A DNA stretch of 64,000 nt. Origin: Deltaproteobacteria bacterium. GTDB taxonomy: Bacteria; Myxococcota_A; Polyangia; Polyangiales; Houyiibacteriaceae. A program made the position numbers and the translations under genes. The stretch spans positions 64,001 to 128,000 of the forward strand of contig JAXMNT010000013.1 of the NCBI GenBank assembly GCA_034670305.1, written 5' to 3'. Each line of letters opens with the position of its first letter. Position 1 is the first letter of the stretch. The notes beneath the pieces are model-generated. The model searched no databases and was not told where the DNA came from. It saw only the letters and a list, made by a program, of their open reading frames with translations. Below, one piece after another: positions 50,480 through 61,061 of this stretch.

Positions 50480-53400
50480 CGCGGCACCTCTTCGAGTGCG
50501 CCCGGCACCTCGAGCGGATAGCCCCACGGCGCGTCGGACTCTCGGAGTTCCCGCTCCCAGTCCACCACCTCGCTCCACGTCGGTCGGCGCGCCACGATGC
50601 CGGAGTGGGCGCCTGGCGGCGCATCCATGCCGCGCAAGAACGCGTACACCAGCCCGCCGAAGCGCTGCTCGTACGCCGCCTCGCTGTCGATGCGCAGCCA
50701 ACGAAGCACGCCGAGCGTGTAGAGCCTCGCCTGCACGGCGTAGTTGGCGTCGACGTGGGCATCGAGGGACGCCGCATCGAAACGTGGCAGCCGGTCACTC
50801 TTCCAGTCGAGCCAGTAGTAGCGCTCACCGGTTCGGAAAATCGCGTCGACGAACCCGCGGATGACACCGCGTCCGATCCGGTACGACATTCCGGGCGCTG
50901 CAGCGTCGGCCGATGTCCGAAGTCGCGGGTGCCAGGGTTCGGGCACAGGAAAGTGGAAGCTCATCTCCTTCACCACCGCGTCCAGCGACGCGAACCCGCC
51001 CGGCAGCACCACGGGCCCCTCGTGCACCGGCCGGCGCATCGATCCGAAGATCAGCGACTTGGCCGCGACCATGTGCTCCGCGTCGATCTTCTCTCGGTTC
51101 GCGTGGTGGGCGAATGTGCGCTCGACCTCGGGCCGCCCTCCCCAAGACTCCAGGTCGACCGCCTCGCGCAGGGTCCGGAAGCTGAGGTCCTCGAGCACCC
51201 CGTGCAGGAACACGCCCATGCTCGGGCCGCCAGGCAACTCGATGGCCGCGTCCTCCGTTTCCAGCAGCGCAGGTTCGACGAGGTCCATCCGGTCGAGCGC
51301 GTCGTCGACGTCTTCGGCGAGCGGCGCCACGTACCCACCACCCCGCGACTTGAGGCGGCTGTAAGAGGTCAGCACGAACCCGGCGTGGTCGCGCCGCAGC
51401 GCGGCGAACTGCGCGTCGGCCTCAGGCGGTGGCTCGAACGCGACGTCGGGCGGCGCCTCGGGCATCGCGCCCGACGCGACCCGAGGGGCGTCGCGCACCA
51501 CGACCGGCTCCCAGCGCACCGGCCGACCGGCCCCCTGCCAGATCGGGAGCAAGTCGCGCAGCCGTTGGTCGAGTTGCACGAGCGGGCCGGTGAGTTTCTC
51601 GAACCCGGCGGTGCCCGCTGGAAGCTCGGCGCCACCTGGAGGTTCGCCGCAATAGGGGACGTAGAGGCGGGCGCGGGCGCGCGTGAGCGCCACGTAGAGC
51701 AGACGCTGATCCTCCTGCCGTGCCTCGGCTTCGATCAGCGTCGCGATCGACGAGGGCACCGGCTGCAGCCAGGCTTCGCGCTGGCCGTCTCGGTGACACA
51801 CGCTGGGCTCGAGCGTGTCGCCGCCGCCGCCGCGGGTGAACCCGCCCGCGATGAACACCACCGCGGCTTCGAGTCCCTTCGACCGATGTTTCGTGAGCAC
51901 CTGGACCGCCGTCCGTTCCCCGTCGACGCGCAGGCCGCCTTCGCCCGCCATCGGTGCAGCGCGTCCTTCGATGAACGCTTCGAGCCGTGCCACCAAATCG
52001 GCGGCGTCGGCGCGCCCGCCCGATTCTTCCAGCAACACCTCGAGCACCTGACGGTAGGTCGCGAGCGAACGCTCCGAGGACTGACAGAAGAGCAGCCGGC
52101 GCGAGAGCCCACTCTCCTCGAGCAGCGCGCTCAGCAGCGCGAACCCATCGCCCTTGCGCGCGTGTTCTCGAAGCGCGTGCAGCCGCGTGACCAGCGGGTG
52201 CTGTGGTCCCACCGCGGCGGCCGCTTCGAGCGACTCGAGCCCGACCCCGAAGAAGGGCGTGAGCCAGGCCCGCAGCCGCGCAGAGGCGTCGTCGGGCTGC
52301 GCGACCGCCCGCAGCACGTCGAGCACGTCGCGGACTTCGTCGGTCTCGAAGAGTCCGTCTTGCCGATGCACGACGTGCGGGATGCCGGCGCGCCCGAGCG
52401 CCGCTGCCACCGGCTCCGCCTCGCGCGCGTTGCGGGTGAGTACGAACACGTCGCCGAACGTGATCGGCCGCATCGCCCCTGGGCGTCCGATGAGCAGCGG
52501 CTCGTCGACGATCGCGCGGATCTCCGTGGCGATCCGTTCGGCCAAGCCCTCCCGCACGGTGCCGACCCGCGGCGCCTCTTCGGGCGCCACCGGAGTCCAG
52601 AGCACGAGCGGCGGCGCGTCGTTTCCGTGCGCGTCGACCAACCGTGCGTCGGGGTGGCCGCAATGCACCCGACGGCCGTGCTGGATCGGGCCTTCGAAGA
52701 AGTCGTTCTCGAACACGTCGTTGAGCAGTTCGAGGAGCGGCTCGGTCGAGCGAAAGCTGGTGTCGAGCACCACCGGCGGTCGGCCGGCCTGCAGGGTGTC
52801 GCAAGCGCCGCGGTAGGTGTGCACGTCGGCGTTGCGAAAGCCGTAGATGGCCTGTTTCGGATCTCCGATGACGAACAGCCGCCCGCTTCCGGAATGGTCC
52901 GGGCCCGCGCTCTCGGCGGCGACGCGCGGATCGACGAAGAGCCGATGAAAGATGTCCCACTGGACCGAGTCCGTGTCCTGGAACTCATCCACCAGCGCGT
53001 GGCGGTACTGCTGTCTCAGGGCCCGCACAAGCGGCGGACCGGTGCGTTCGTCCATCAACACGTCGCGCACGCGGACCAACATGTCGTCGAAGTCGATCTC
53101 CCCGCGCCGGCGCTTCTCGTGATCGAGGCGCGTGCGAACCCGCGGCAGGAGTTCGTGCACCAGCACCCCGAACGGCGAGGTCGAGGCGTCCAGCAGCGAC
53201 GCCACCCGGCCATGGAGTTCGGGCAGCGGTTCGAGGCGCGCCGGCAACCAGCGGCGCGCCGGCTCACCCCGAACGGCGTCCGTGCGGCCCCAGCGGTCGA
53301 GCGCCACGAGCGCGTTCAGGTCGTTGGCGTCCTTCTCGAAGGCGCGCGCGATCTTCCGCAGGCCCTCGAGTTGGTCGAGCACCCGAGCGGCCACGTCGCG

Positions 53401-54126
53401 CCGCGCGATGACGTCGCGCACCGCCGCCTCGTCGTCGAGATCGGCGGCGCGCAGCGTGCGCAAGACCGAACCGAACCGCGCGCGGTCCCACGCCGGCTGT
53501 GCGATGCCGCGCTCCGTGTGCCAACCGAAGAGCGCCCCTTCGAGTCGGGTGCCGTCCATGTCTTCGAGCACCCGGGTCACGACCCGCCGCAGCGGAGAGT
53601 CGGCGGCAAGCACCACACGGAGTTCGTCGCGGAACGCGCGGCCGAACACCCGCCGCGGCTCCACGAGCACATGGCGGATCGGTTGTCGGGTGCGGAGCGC
53701 GTGTTCGCTGAGTACCCGCTGGCAGAATCCGTGGATGGTGAAGAGCGGCGCGCGGTCGAACTCGAGCACCGCTTCGGTGAGTCGAACGCGGGCCTCTTCA
53801 CTCAAGCCGGCACGACGCGCCACCCCCGCCAACGTCGTCCGCACCCGGCTGCGCATCTCGCGGGTCGCCTTCTCGGTGAACGTCACCACCAAGATCTCGT
53901 CGAGCGGAGTGCCGCCGAGCACCAAGTCCGCGACCAGATGCTGGAGCGCGAACGTCTTGCCGGTCCCCGCCGACGCTTCGATCACCACGTGGCCATCGAC
54001 CGGAATGGCGTCGAGCACCGCGGGCCGTGCGAACGCGAGTGGCAACGCGCCGGGCGCGAAGACCGGCGCCATGGAGCGACCACGCTCGGACGCCGAATCC
54101 GTCGACTTCGGAGCGTCGTCGGTCAC
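50476..54126 (-). CDS. recB: Exodeoxyribonuclease V beta subunit
   Basis: IEASAGTGKT, VTFTEKA, TIHGFC, VDEFQDTD, IGDPKQAIYGFR, YVALTRA; nuclease RGFVDAIF..LDWKS. Confidence 0.95.
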   Translation of the reverse strand: MTDDAPKSTDSASERGRSMAPVFAPGALPLAFARPAVLDAIPVDGHVVIEASAGTGKTFALQHLVADLVLGGTPLDEILVVTFTEKATREMRSRVRTTLAGVARRAGLSEEARVRLTEAVLEFDRAPLFTIHGFCQRVLSEHALRTRQPIRHVLVEPRRVFGRAFRDELRVVLAADSPLRRVVTRVLEDMDGTRLEGALFGWHTERGIAQPAWDRARFGSVLRTLRAADLDDEAAVRDVIARRDVAARVLDQLEGLRKIARAFEKDANDLNALVALDRWGRTDAVRGEPARRWLPARLEPLPELHGRVASLLDASTSPFGVLVHELLPRVRTRLDHEKRRRGEIDFDDMLVRVRDVLMDERTGPPLVRALRQQYRHALVDEFQDTDSVQWDIFHRLFVDPRVAAESAGPDHSGSGRLFVIGDPKQAIYGFRNADVHTYRGACDTLQAGRPPVVLDTSFRSTEPLLELLNDVFENDFFEGPIQHGRRVHCGHPDARLVDAHGNDAPPLVLWTPVAPEEAPRVGTVREGLAERIATEIRAIVDEPLLIGRPGAMRPITFGDVFVLTRNAREAEPVAAALGRAGIPHVVHRQDGLFETDEVRDVLDVLRAVAQPDDASARLRAWLTPFFGVGLESLEAAAAVGPQHPLVTRLHALREHARKGDGFALLSALLEESGLSRRLLFCQSSERSLATYRQVLEVLLEESGGRADAADLVARLEAFIEGRAAPMAGEGGLRVDGERTAVQVLTKHRSKGLEAAVVFIAGGFTRGGGGDTLEPSVCHRDGQREAWLQPVPSSIATLIEAEARQEDQRLLYVALTRARARLYVPYCGEPPGGAELPAGTAGFEKLTGPLVQLDQRLRDLLPIWQGAGRPVRWEPVVVRDAPRVASGAMPEAPPDVAFEPPPEADAQFAALRRDHAGFVLTSYSRLKSRGGGYVAPLAEDVDDALDRMDLVEPALLETEDAAIELPGGPSMGVFLHGVLEDLSFRTLREAVDLESWGGRPEVERTFAHHANREKIDAEHMVAAKSLIFGSMRRPVHEGPVVLPGGFASLDAVVKEMSFHFPVPEPWHPRLRTSADAAAPGMSYRIGRGVIRGFVDAIFRTGERYYWLDWKSDRLPRFDAASLDAHVDANYAVQARLYTLGVLRWLRIDSEAAYEQRFGGLVYAFLRGMDAPPGAHSGIVARRPTWSEVVDWERELRESDAPWGYPLEVPGALEEVPR

Positions 54127-57100
54127 GGGTGACTCCAGCGGATGTAGGCCGAGAGCCGCCGCCGCACCATGTCGAGCGCGACGCCTTCTTCCGGCGCTGG
54201 ATAGAGATGTTCGGTGCGCACGGGACCCCGCTCGAACGGCTCGGTCTCCCGCGCCCGCCGCACCCGTTCGATGGCCCGAGACAGGTCCGCGGGCGTGAGC
54301 GCGGTGAGGAGATCCGCGCCACCGTCCGGCCGCATGAACACCGCCTCGCACGGCAGGAAGTAGGCGTGCGGTCCATTCAGCAAGTCGCGCGTGAGCGACG
54401 TGAGAAAACCGCGTGCCTCCTCGGGATGCAGCGGACCGAAACGGCAGGAGGCGTCTTGAGCGGATTCGCCCCCGAAGAAGATGAGCCCACGGTGTCCATC
54501 GCGGGGCGCCGACTCACTCGCCACGAGCGCGACGTAGTCGAGCAGCGGGCCAAGACCCCGCCGGAGCCGCTCTCGCTTGAGGGCCACCCCGGGCTCGGCT
54601 TCCCGCGGCATCAACACGAGCGACGCCCGCCCCTGATCGACCAGCGTGTGGGTGTGCCCGACGATGCGCACCGTGCGCCCGTCGATGGTCAGCTCGATGG
54701 CCGAACGGACTTCGTCGGCTTCTTCGGCGCGCGGACTCGGACCGAAGCGGACGCGACGAGGCGGCATGGAAGCGCTCCGAGAAACGCTCTGTCGGTAGAG
54801 CCGTGCCCAGCCGCCGAGCATCGCGACGTCGTGGTCCGTGCGCTGCTCCGCCAGGACCCCGAGCGGCCAGCGACCGTGCGCTTGCAGTGGCCACACTGCG
54901 TCGGCGTAGCACTCCCGCGGCTGCCGGCGCTCCCGGAGCGCGCGCTCGAACGACTCCCGCAAACCGGTCGCCGCATCGAGCGGGTCGGGTCGAAACGGTT
55001 CGTCTTCGAGTCCGCGCACCCGCACGTCGGGCACGTCGTCGAGACGGAGCACCGAGCGTGCCCAGCCTTGGAGGGGGGACTCGAGAAAACGCCGGAGCGA
55101 CGCCAGACTGACGTCTCGCACGACGGTCTCGTCGGCGGTCCCCGACCGGCCTGTGCGGCCAGGCGCTGTGGGGTCGAGTGCGGTGTGGCTGGGCATGGGC
55201 ACGCTCTCGAAGCCCGGCCCAACCCTTGCCAGGCGCAGGTGTGCCGCAAGCGCCGGGCCCGCGTGGCGCTGCAAATCCGCGACCTGAACATCCCGCCCAA
55301 GCGCCGCGCGCCACACCGCGCCCGCTTCCCGCGCGCTCGCTTCCCCCAGCGCTTCGGTCAACGCGCCGTCCGGTCGAACGTCTTCGTGCCGGCGGAGCGG
55401 AAACGTACGCACGAGCGGCCGGTCGTCTTCCACATACAGCGCGAGCAAGTCGAGCAACTGGCGCACGACCGGGCTCGGTTCGATGCCGTCGCCGGTCGTC
55501 GAGTCGCGCGCGACCCAGGACGCCACGAACCGATCGCGGGCGGACAGCAAGGTCTCGAGGAAGACGTACTTGTCGCGCTCCGACGGAGTCACGTCGCCGA
55601 CGCGGCGTTTGCGACTGCGCAGGTCGAGCGGGTCGCGTCGCTCGCGGGTGGGGAATCGTCCTTCGCCCATCCCGAGCAGGTAGACGTGGCGGAACGGGAT
55701 CGACCGCATCGGCGCCAGCGCGGACACGACCACGCCGTCGGCCAGGTACTCGCCCCTCGAACCGCCGAGCGCATCGAGTGCACCCCGAAGCAACTCGGTG
55801 GCCACGCGCACGCCCACCGGCAACTCGGGCTCACGGGTGTCGACCGCCGCGTCTCGCGGGTCGGACACGTAGGGATCGAGCCGCCGCGCGACCTCGAGGC
55901 AGCGGTCGAGTTCGCGTTCACCGCGGCTGTCGTCCGCACACAGGTAGGCGCGGAACATCGCCACGAAGAACTTCGACCAGTCGCTGAGCGGCAGACGACG
56001 GTCGCGGGCGTAACGCGCATCGTTCGCGAGGCTGCGAAGGAGCAGCGCGAGCGTCGGTGTCAGGTCGTCTTCGTCGGCGTCGAGCGGCAGGTAGCGTTCG
56101 CCATCCAGCTCGAATGCGCGTTCGTCGTCCGCGCGTTCGCCCGTCATGAACGCGCCGAGCGTCAGTCGACGCACGCCTTGGTCCCAGCTCAGCAAATCGT
56201 GTTCGAGGTAGGTGCCCTCGTGGTCGCTCTGGTCGAGGCCGTGGAAGATCCCCAGTCGGTCGATGCAGTCGGTCCAGCGGCCGCGCACGTCCCCGTCCCG
56301 TCCGAGCCCGGGAATGCGCAGCGCGGGCTGCGAGAGAAACGAGAGGACGTCCGGTCGGCGGAACCGAGACAACAGCAACTCGATGAGCGCGATCGCGCCC
56401 TGAGCCACCGTGCTCTCGGTGGCCAGTGGGAGGTCGACCACGTTGTGCGGCAAGGACTGCGCTTCCGCGAACACCGCCCCGATGTGCGGCAGGTACGTCG
56501 CGCGGGCATCGGGGTGCACGAAGACGGCGACGTCGTGAAAACGAAGCGTGTCGTCCGCCCGCACCTCGGCCCAGATCGACTCCGCAACGATCTCGACTTC
56601 TCGACGCACGCTCGGACACGCGAACGCCTCGATGCTTCCGTCGGCCTGCGCGGTCGCCGTTTCGGGGCGCGCCCGCCGATGGAGGATGTCGTCCTGCACC
56701 CGGCTCAGCAGGGTCGGTTCCACCGAGCCGCGGGCCTCGGTCTCCTCGAGCGGCGAAACGAACCGCGCATCGAAGTCGGCGCCGGTGAGCTCGTTGCACA
56801 GATGCACGTGCTCGCGGCCGGGTCGTCCCCACCAGGTCAGCGGTGCTGGGTCGTCGATGTGCGGTGCGACCGCCGGGTGCACCTCACCGTCGAGGTCTGC
56901 GCGGTCCGCCCGCAGCGGCAACCTCGCCCGCACGGACTTCTGGTGGCGCAGCTCCGAAGCGCTCGGCACATCCTCCCAGAACTCCATGCAGGGGTTGAGG
57001 ACGTAGAGGTGGAGGTTCGTGGCACGCCCGAGTTCCGCGAACGCCCACAGGAAGACTCGGGCGACGTAGCTGAGTCCGAAGACATGCACATGGTCTGGCA

Positions 57101-57719
57101 GGCGGCCGGGTCTCGTGCCGCGACGCGCGATCCGCGAGAGCGCTTCGGGCAGCGAGAGGGCGGAGCCACGGGTCTCGAGGATCCGGCGCCACAGCGCCGA
57201 CTGCCATCGTTCGACTGGATCGTCGGACGCCGCATTCGCGGGACGCGACCAGCGGTCGAGCAGCTCTGGGCGCGAGAACGAGTAGCCCTCGAACAGGGTG
57301 GCGAGCCGTTGCGCCAGCTGGGCCCGCCGCACATCGACGGCCTCCCATGGGGCGCCCTCCTCACCCAGCTGTGCGGCCGGCAACGCGTAGTGCGCGAGCG
57401 GGCGCACCACCGGGTCCGAGAGCCACGCTTCGTCGAGCAGCGCCCGAAGCACCAGACGCTCCAGCCCGGCGCGCGTGAGCAGCCGACGGTCGAGTGCCCG
57501 CGCGATCCAGCGACCGACGAACCGTTCGAGCCGATGAAAGCGCATGTTGGCGCTCACCCCGACGTGCGCCGTGAGGGAGAGTTCCAGGTGCCGCTCCATG
57601 TTGCGGTTGGGCACCACGACGTGATCGGGCAACAAGGGATCCGTGCGCACCGCTTCGAGCGTCTCGGAGAGCGCGTCGCGCAGCGCCTCGGTACGGTTCG
57701 AATAGACCAACCGGATCAC
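54123..57719 (-). CDS. recC: Exodeoxyribonuclease V gamma subunit
   Basis: YSNRTEAL, VVVPN, LNPCMEFWED, WGRPGRE, REVE, PMRSIPF, FLETLLSAR; GTGA overlap with recB. Confidence 0.92.
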   Translation of the reverse strand: MIRLVYSNRTEALRDALSETLEAVRTDPLLPDHVVVPNRNMERHLELSLTAHVGVSANMRFHRLERFVGRWIARALDRRLLTRAGLERLVLRALLDEAWLSDPVVRPLAHYALPAAQLGEEGAPWEAVDVRRAQLAQRLATLFEGYSFSRPELLDRWSRPANAASDDPVERWQSALWRRILETRGSALSLPEALSRIARRGTRPGRLPDHVHVFGLSYVARVFLWAFAELGRATNLHLYVLNPCMEFWEDVPSASELRHQKSVRARLPLRADRADLDGEVHPAVAPHIDDPAPLTWWGRPGREHVHLCNELTGADFDARFVSPLEETEARGSVEPTLLSRVQDDILHRRARPETATAQADGSIEAFACPSVRREVEIVAESIWAEVRADDTLRFHDVAVFVHPDARATYLPHIGAVFAEAQSLPHNVVDLPLATESTVAQGAIALIELLLSRFRRPDVLSFLSQPALRIPGLGRDGDVRGRWTDCIDRLGIFHGLDQSDHEGTYLEHDLLSWDQGVRRLTLGAFMTGERADDERAFELDGERYLPLDADEDDLTPTLALLLRSLANDARYARDRRLPLSDWSKFFVAMFRAYLCADDSRGERELDRCLEVARRLDPYVSDPRDAAVDTREPELPVGVRVATELLRGALDALGGSRGEYLADGVVVSALAPMRSIPFRHVYLLGMGEGRFPTRERRDPLDLRSRKRRVGDVTPSERDKYVFLETLLSARDRFVASWVARDSTTGDGIEPSPVVRQLLDLLALYVEDDRPLVRTFPLRRHEDVRPDGALTEALGEASAREAGAVWRAALGRDVQVADLQRHAGPALAAHLRLARVGPGFESVPMPSHTALDPTAPGRTGRSGTADETVVRDVSLASLRRFLESPLQGWARSVLRLDDVPDVRVRGLEDEPFRPDPLDAATGLRESFERALRERRQPRECYADAVWPLQAHGRWPLGVLAEQRTDHDVAMLGGWARLYRQSVSRSASMPPRRVRFGPSPRAEEADEVRSAIELTIDGRTVRIVGHTHTLVDQGRASLVLMPREAEPGVALKRERLRRGLGPLLDYVALVASESAPRDGHRGLIFFGGESAQDASCRFGPLHPEEARGFLTSLTRDLLNGPHAYFLPCEAVFMRPDGGADLLTALTPADLSRAIERVRRARETEPFERGPVRTEHLYPAPEEGVALDMVRRRLSAYIRWSHP

Positions 57720-57854
57720 GGCCCACCCTACTTCGTTTCGGTGACCGGGCGCATGCTCGATCGCCCGCCCGTCTCGCGAAGCGAGCCAGGCCTCGAACAG
57801 CGCCAGCGAGCCAGGCCCGTAGCGGCAAGAAATATCGTGTGCTCTAGTTGGAGC

Positions 57855-58607
57855 GTGGCGTCTTCGACCGATCGCAGCTGGACCATCGCCGTCGTGTCGG
57901 CTGGCATCGCGACGTGGGCCGTGGTGGTCGCGGTGCCGGTTTGGGCGGGTGGCGCATCTTTCACGCCATCGCTGGCGCTCCTGGCGATGCCGCTCCTTCC
58001 GTTGTGGCTCGGCGGCTTCCCCGCACCCACCGCCGACCCCACGACCCCGCGACCGCGCTCGTGGCGCGCGCCGACGGTGTGGTGGTTGGTGGTCTTCCCC
58101 GCGACACTCGCGCTCGCTGCGTGGCTCGGCAAGGGGGTGGCCGCCGGTGAGACGTTGACCTTGCCGACGGTGGTGCTCGGAGCCGTCGCGCTCTTGGTCT
58201 TCGGAGGGCTGGCGCTCTCTGCGAGCACCCGCATCGAGCCCGCCGCCTCCGTCAAGTCGGAGACGCTCGGCGTGGTGTCGGGCGACCCCGCCGGTGCCCG
58301 GCGACGTCTCGCGCGCAAAGCGTTGCTCTTCACCGCCGCGATCGGTGCGTTCGCGATCGGCGTGATCGCGCCCTACGCCGACCGCCCCGCCTGGGTGAAG
58401 CACTGGGGAGATGCCGCAGGCGCCGCGAGCGTCTTCGCGGCAGTGGCCGCCGGGGCCATCGCGGTCGTGGTGATGACCGGCTTCGCCGGACCCGCGACGC
58501 GTCGATCACGCAAACGGGTCACCCGCCGCCGCAGCCGAATCCGTGTCGCCCTGTCGCTCACGGTCGCCGTCACGGGCTGCGGCGTGTGGCTCTTGATGAC
58601 GCGCTGA
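57855..58607 (+). CDS. Hypothetical multi-pass membrane protein (start uncertain)
   Basis: About 7 hydrophobic segments; divergent from recC. Confidence 0.6.
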   Translation: MASSTDRSWTIAVVSAGIATWAVVVAVPVWAGGASFTPSLALLAMPLLPLWLGGFPAPTADPTTPRPRSWRAPTVWWLVVFPATLALAAWLGKGVAAGETLTLPTVVLGAVALLVFGGLALSASTRIEPAASVKSETLGVVSGDPAGARRRLARKALLFTAAIGAFAIGVIAPYADRPAWVKHWGDAAGAASVFAAVAAGAIAVVVMTGFAGPATRRSRKRVTRRRSRIRVALSLTVAVTGCGVWLLMTR

Positions 58608-58700
58608 ACGCGTCCCATCCGAACGCGTCCCATCCGAACGCGTCCCATCCGAACGCGTCCCATCCGAACGCGTCCCATCTGAACGCGTCGCATCCGAACG
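58606..58700. repeat. 15-bp tandem repeat GAACGCGTCCCATCC x6 between convergent genes
   Basis: Units start at 58606, 58621, 58636, 58651, 58666 and 58681. Confidence 0.95.
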
Positions 58701-58728
58701 AACGCGGCAACGTTCGCTGCGGATCCGT

Positions 58729-59799
58729 CTAGACGGAGAGCGGCAGGTGCCGTTTGTCGTCGGTGGCCGCTGGCGTCGGAGGCAGTGGCGTTCCGTCTTG
58801 GGCGCGCCACTCGTCGAAGCTGGAGGCGCGGCGCACACACGCGATCGTGCAGGTGTCCTCGCAGCCCTTCGGCGTGTGGTACGCGCGTACCAGATCCGCG
58901 CGCGTGTACTCGAGGATCTGCAGACCCGGTTCGTTGCGTCGCTGCGAGCAGTACGAGACCACGCCCGCTTCGTCGACGTAGAGGTAGCGCGCACCGGCAC
59001 GGCACTTCCACGGCGCGCGACCGTCGCGGAGCATCTTCTGCTCCCAGCCCTCACCGAACTGGTGGAACACGCTCTTGTGACAGAGCAGGCGCATCTCTTC
59101 GTAGAACTCCGGGAGGATGTCGCCGATGAGCCCGGGGTCGATTTGTCCGACGTGGTCGTGGAGCAGACCCACCGTCATGTAGAACCCGAGCGAGCGGATC
59201 TCGTCGATGAGCTCGCGGGTCTGCGCGGGTGGCGAACTTCCGAGCACCGCGTTGATGTTCACCTTGAACTTCGCGTGCTCTTGAAGACCCATGAGGCGCT
59301 TCTTGATCTTGCTCCAGCTCTTCTGACTCACATCGTTCGGCTCGATGTTGTCCACCGAGACCTGAAGCAGACTCAGACCCGCCTCGTTCATCTGCTCGAT
59401 GCGCCGCGGCGTGACGCCGTATGCGTTCGAGATCGAGGTGACGATCATGCCGTGGGAGACCGCGCGCGCGACCACCTCGTGCAGGTCCGGATGCAGGAAG
59501 GGTTCGCCGCCGGTGAGCGTGAGAATCAGCGTGCCGAGTTCGGCCAAGTGATCGATGCGATCGAAGAGCACCTGCTTCGGAACCGGATCGGAGAAGTCGT
59601 CGTACTCGTTGCAGTAGCCGCAGCTGAGGTTGCATCGCCGAGTCACGACGAGCTGCGTGAGCAGCGGGCTCTCTTTGCGGGCCATGGCCAGCGCAGCGCG
59701 CTTGAGGGTGGTCGCGGGTTGCGGCGGAAGGGAGCGGAGCAGGTCCGCGCCGGGGAGTCGATCGAGAATGGCCATGGGGTTCCTGAAGAGACGCGGCAT
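58729..59799 (-). CDS. Radical SAM protein with a C-terminal Cys cluster (SPASM/twitch-like)
   Basis: CNLSCGYC, TGGEP, QVSVD; CRAG..YCSQ..CEDTCTIAC. Confidence 0.92.
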   Translation of the reverse strand: MPRLFRNPMAILDRLPGADLLRSLPPQPATTLKRAALAMARKESPLLTQLVVTRRCNLSCGYCNEYDDFSDPVPKQVLFDRIDHLAELGTLILTLTGGEPFLHPDLHEVVARAVSHGMIVTSISNAYGVTPRRIEQMNEAGLSLLQVSVDNIEPNDVSQKSWSKIKKRLMGLQEHAKFKVNINAVLGSSPPAQTRELIDEIRSLGFYMTVGLLHDHVGQIDPGLIGDILPEFYEEMRLLCHKSVFHQFGEGWEQKMLRDGRAPWKCRAGARYLYVDEAGVVSYCSQRRNEPGLQILEYTRADLVRAYHTPKGCEDTCTIACVRRASSFDEWRAQDGTPLPPTPAATDDKRHLPLSV

Positions 59800-60092
59800 C
59801 AAACGGCCGCAGGTCGAGCAGCCATCGCGAGGCAGCATCCGTGCCAGCGCGGTGATGGGTCGTCAAATCGGCCATCTCGTTACCAACGCGTCACGCTGCG
59901 TAACTTTCTGCGACGAAACGCCGCCCCGTCCGCCCCGTACACCCACGCGATGCATGACTTCTTCCAGTTTTCTGGCCACTCGATGGCCACTGCAGTAGCC
60001 ATGCAGGACCCTTCCGCCTCCATTTCCCCCGATCATCCCCACTCGTCCGTCGTGGGCGAAGCCGGTCCGATTCTTGCTGATTCGGCTGTCCC

Positions 60093-61061
60093 ATGGAGGA
60101 CCCCTCGATGACTGAACCCCAACATCGGCTCCCTCCGTTCCGATCGCTGCTCAAGTCCACCGAGGTGGAAGACCCGATCAACATCCTGGTGCACCGGCCG
60201 CTGGCGTACGCGTTCGTGTGGTCGATCTTCAAGACACCCCTCACGCCGAACGGCGTCACCTACCTGGCGATGGTCGCGGGCGTCGCGGCCGGCGCCTGTT
60301 TCTTCGTGGGCACCGCCGCCGCCATGGTGTGGGGCGGCATCCTGCTCTGGACGGCCGCGATTCTGGACGGAGCCGACGGCATCCTGGCGCGCGCGAAGAA
60401 CATGCAGTCGCAGTTCGGCCGCGCGCTGGATGGCGCCGCCGACATCGTCGTGGCGTGCGTCACCGTGTTCCCGGCCTTCGCCCACATGTACTGGGTGAAC
60501 CAAGACCCGATGCAGCTCTGGCTGGCGATCCCCGCGGTGGGCCTGACGATCCTGCATCTGCCGATCTACGACTACTACAAGGAGTCGTACCTCCGGATGA
60601 CCCGGCTGGATCGGGGCGGCGAGGGAAGCGACGAAGCGGAGATCACTGCGCTGGCGGAGAAGTCCAAGAGCATGGGCTTCGTCGCGCACTTCACGATGAC
60701 GCACGTGCTGCTTCCCTTCGTGCAGACGCAGGGTCGGCTCATCCGACTGCTCAACCCGCGCGCACTTCGCCAGGGCATTTCGATCGACCGCGACGATCGG
60801 ACGGTCGCGATCTACCGCAAGCACAACCTCTGGCCGATGCGGTTGTGGACCATCGTCTCCCTCGCGCCGCACAGCTACATGATGGCGATCTGCGCGATGT
60901 TCGATCGACTCGACATCTACCTCTGGATCCGCCTGTTTGGCATGAACAGCGTCTTCGTGATCGCGGCCCTCTGGCAGCGTCGAGCCACCGCCGCGACCCT
61001 CGACGAGTTGAACGAACTCGGTGTCGTGCACACTGACGAGCCCGAACTCGCCGCCGCCTGA
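60093..61061 (+). CDS. CDP-alcohol phosphatidyltransferase family protein
   Basis: TPNGVT; DGADGILAR......FGRALDGAAD signature. Confidence 0.92.
   Translation: MEDPSMTEPQHRLPPFRSLLKSTEVEDPINILVHRPLAYAFVWSIFKTPLTPNGVTYLAMVAGVAAGACFFVGTAAAMVWGGILLWTAAILDGADGILARAKNMQSQFGRALDGAADIVVACVTVFPAFAHMYWVNQDPMQLWLAIPAVGLTILHLPIYDYYKESYLRMTRLDRGGEGSDEAEITALAEKSKSMGFVAHFTMTHVLLPFVQTQGRLIRLLNPRALRQGISIDRDDRTVAIYRKHNLWPMRLWTIVSLAPHSYMMAICAMFDRLDIYLWIRLFGMNSVFVIAALWQRRATAATLDELNELGVVHTDEPELAAA

Noticed and set aside
45143-50521. 1792-aa plus-strand ORF
   Set aside because: Antisense to motif-bearing kinase, TlpA and recD genes; typical high-GC stop-poor frame.
54027-57854. Most of the 1526-aa plus-strand ORF
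   Set aside because: Antisense to recC; only the hydrophobic last ~250 aa is plausible as a gene.
58606-58700. Possible CRISPR or iteron array
   Set aside because: Head-to-tail 15-mers with no spacers, and no rep or cas gene nearby.
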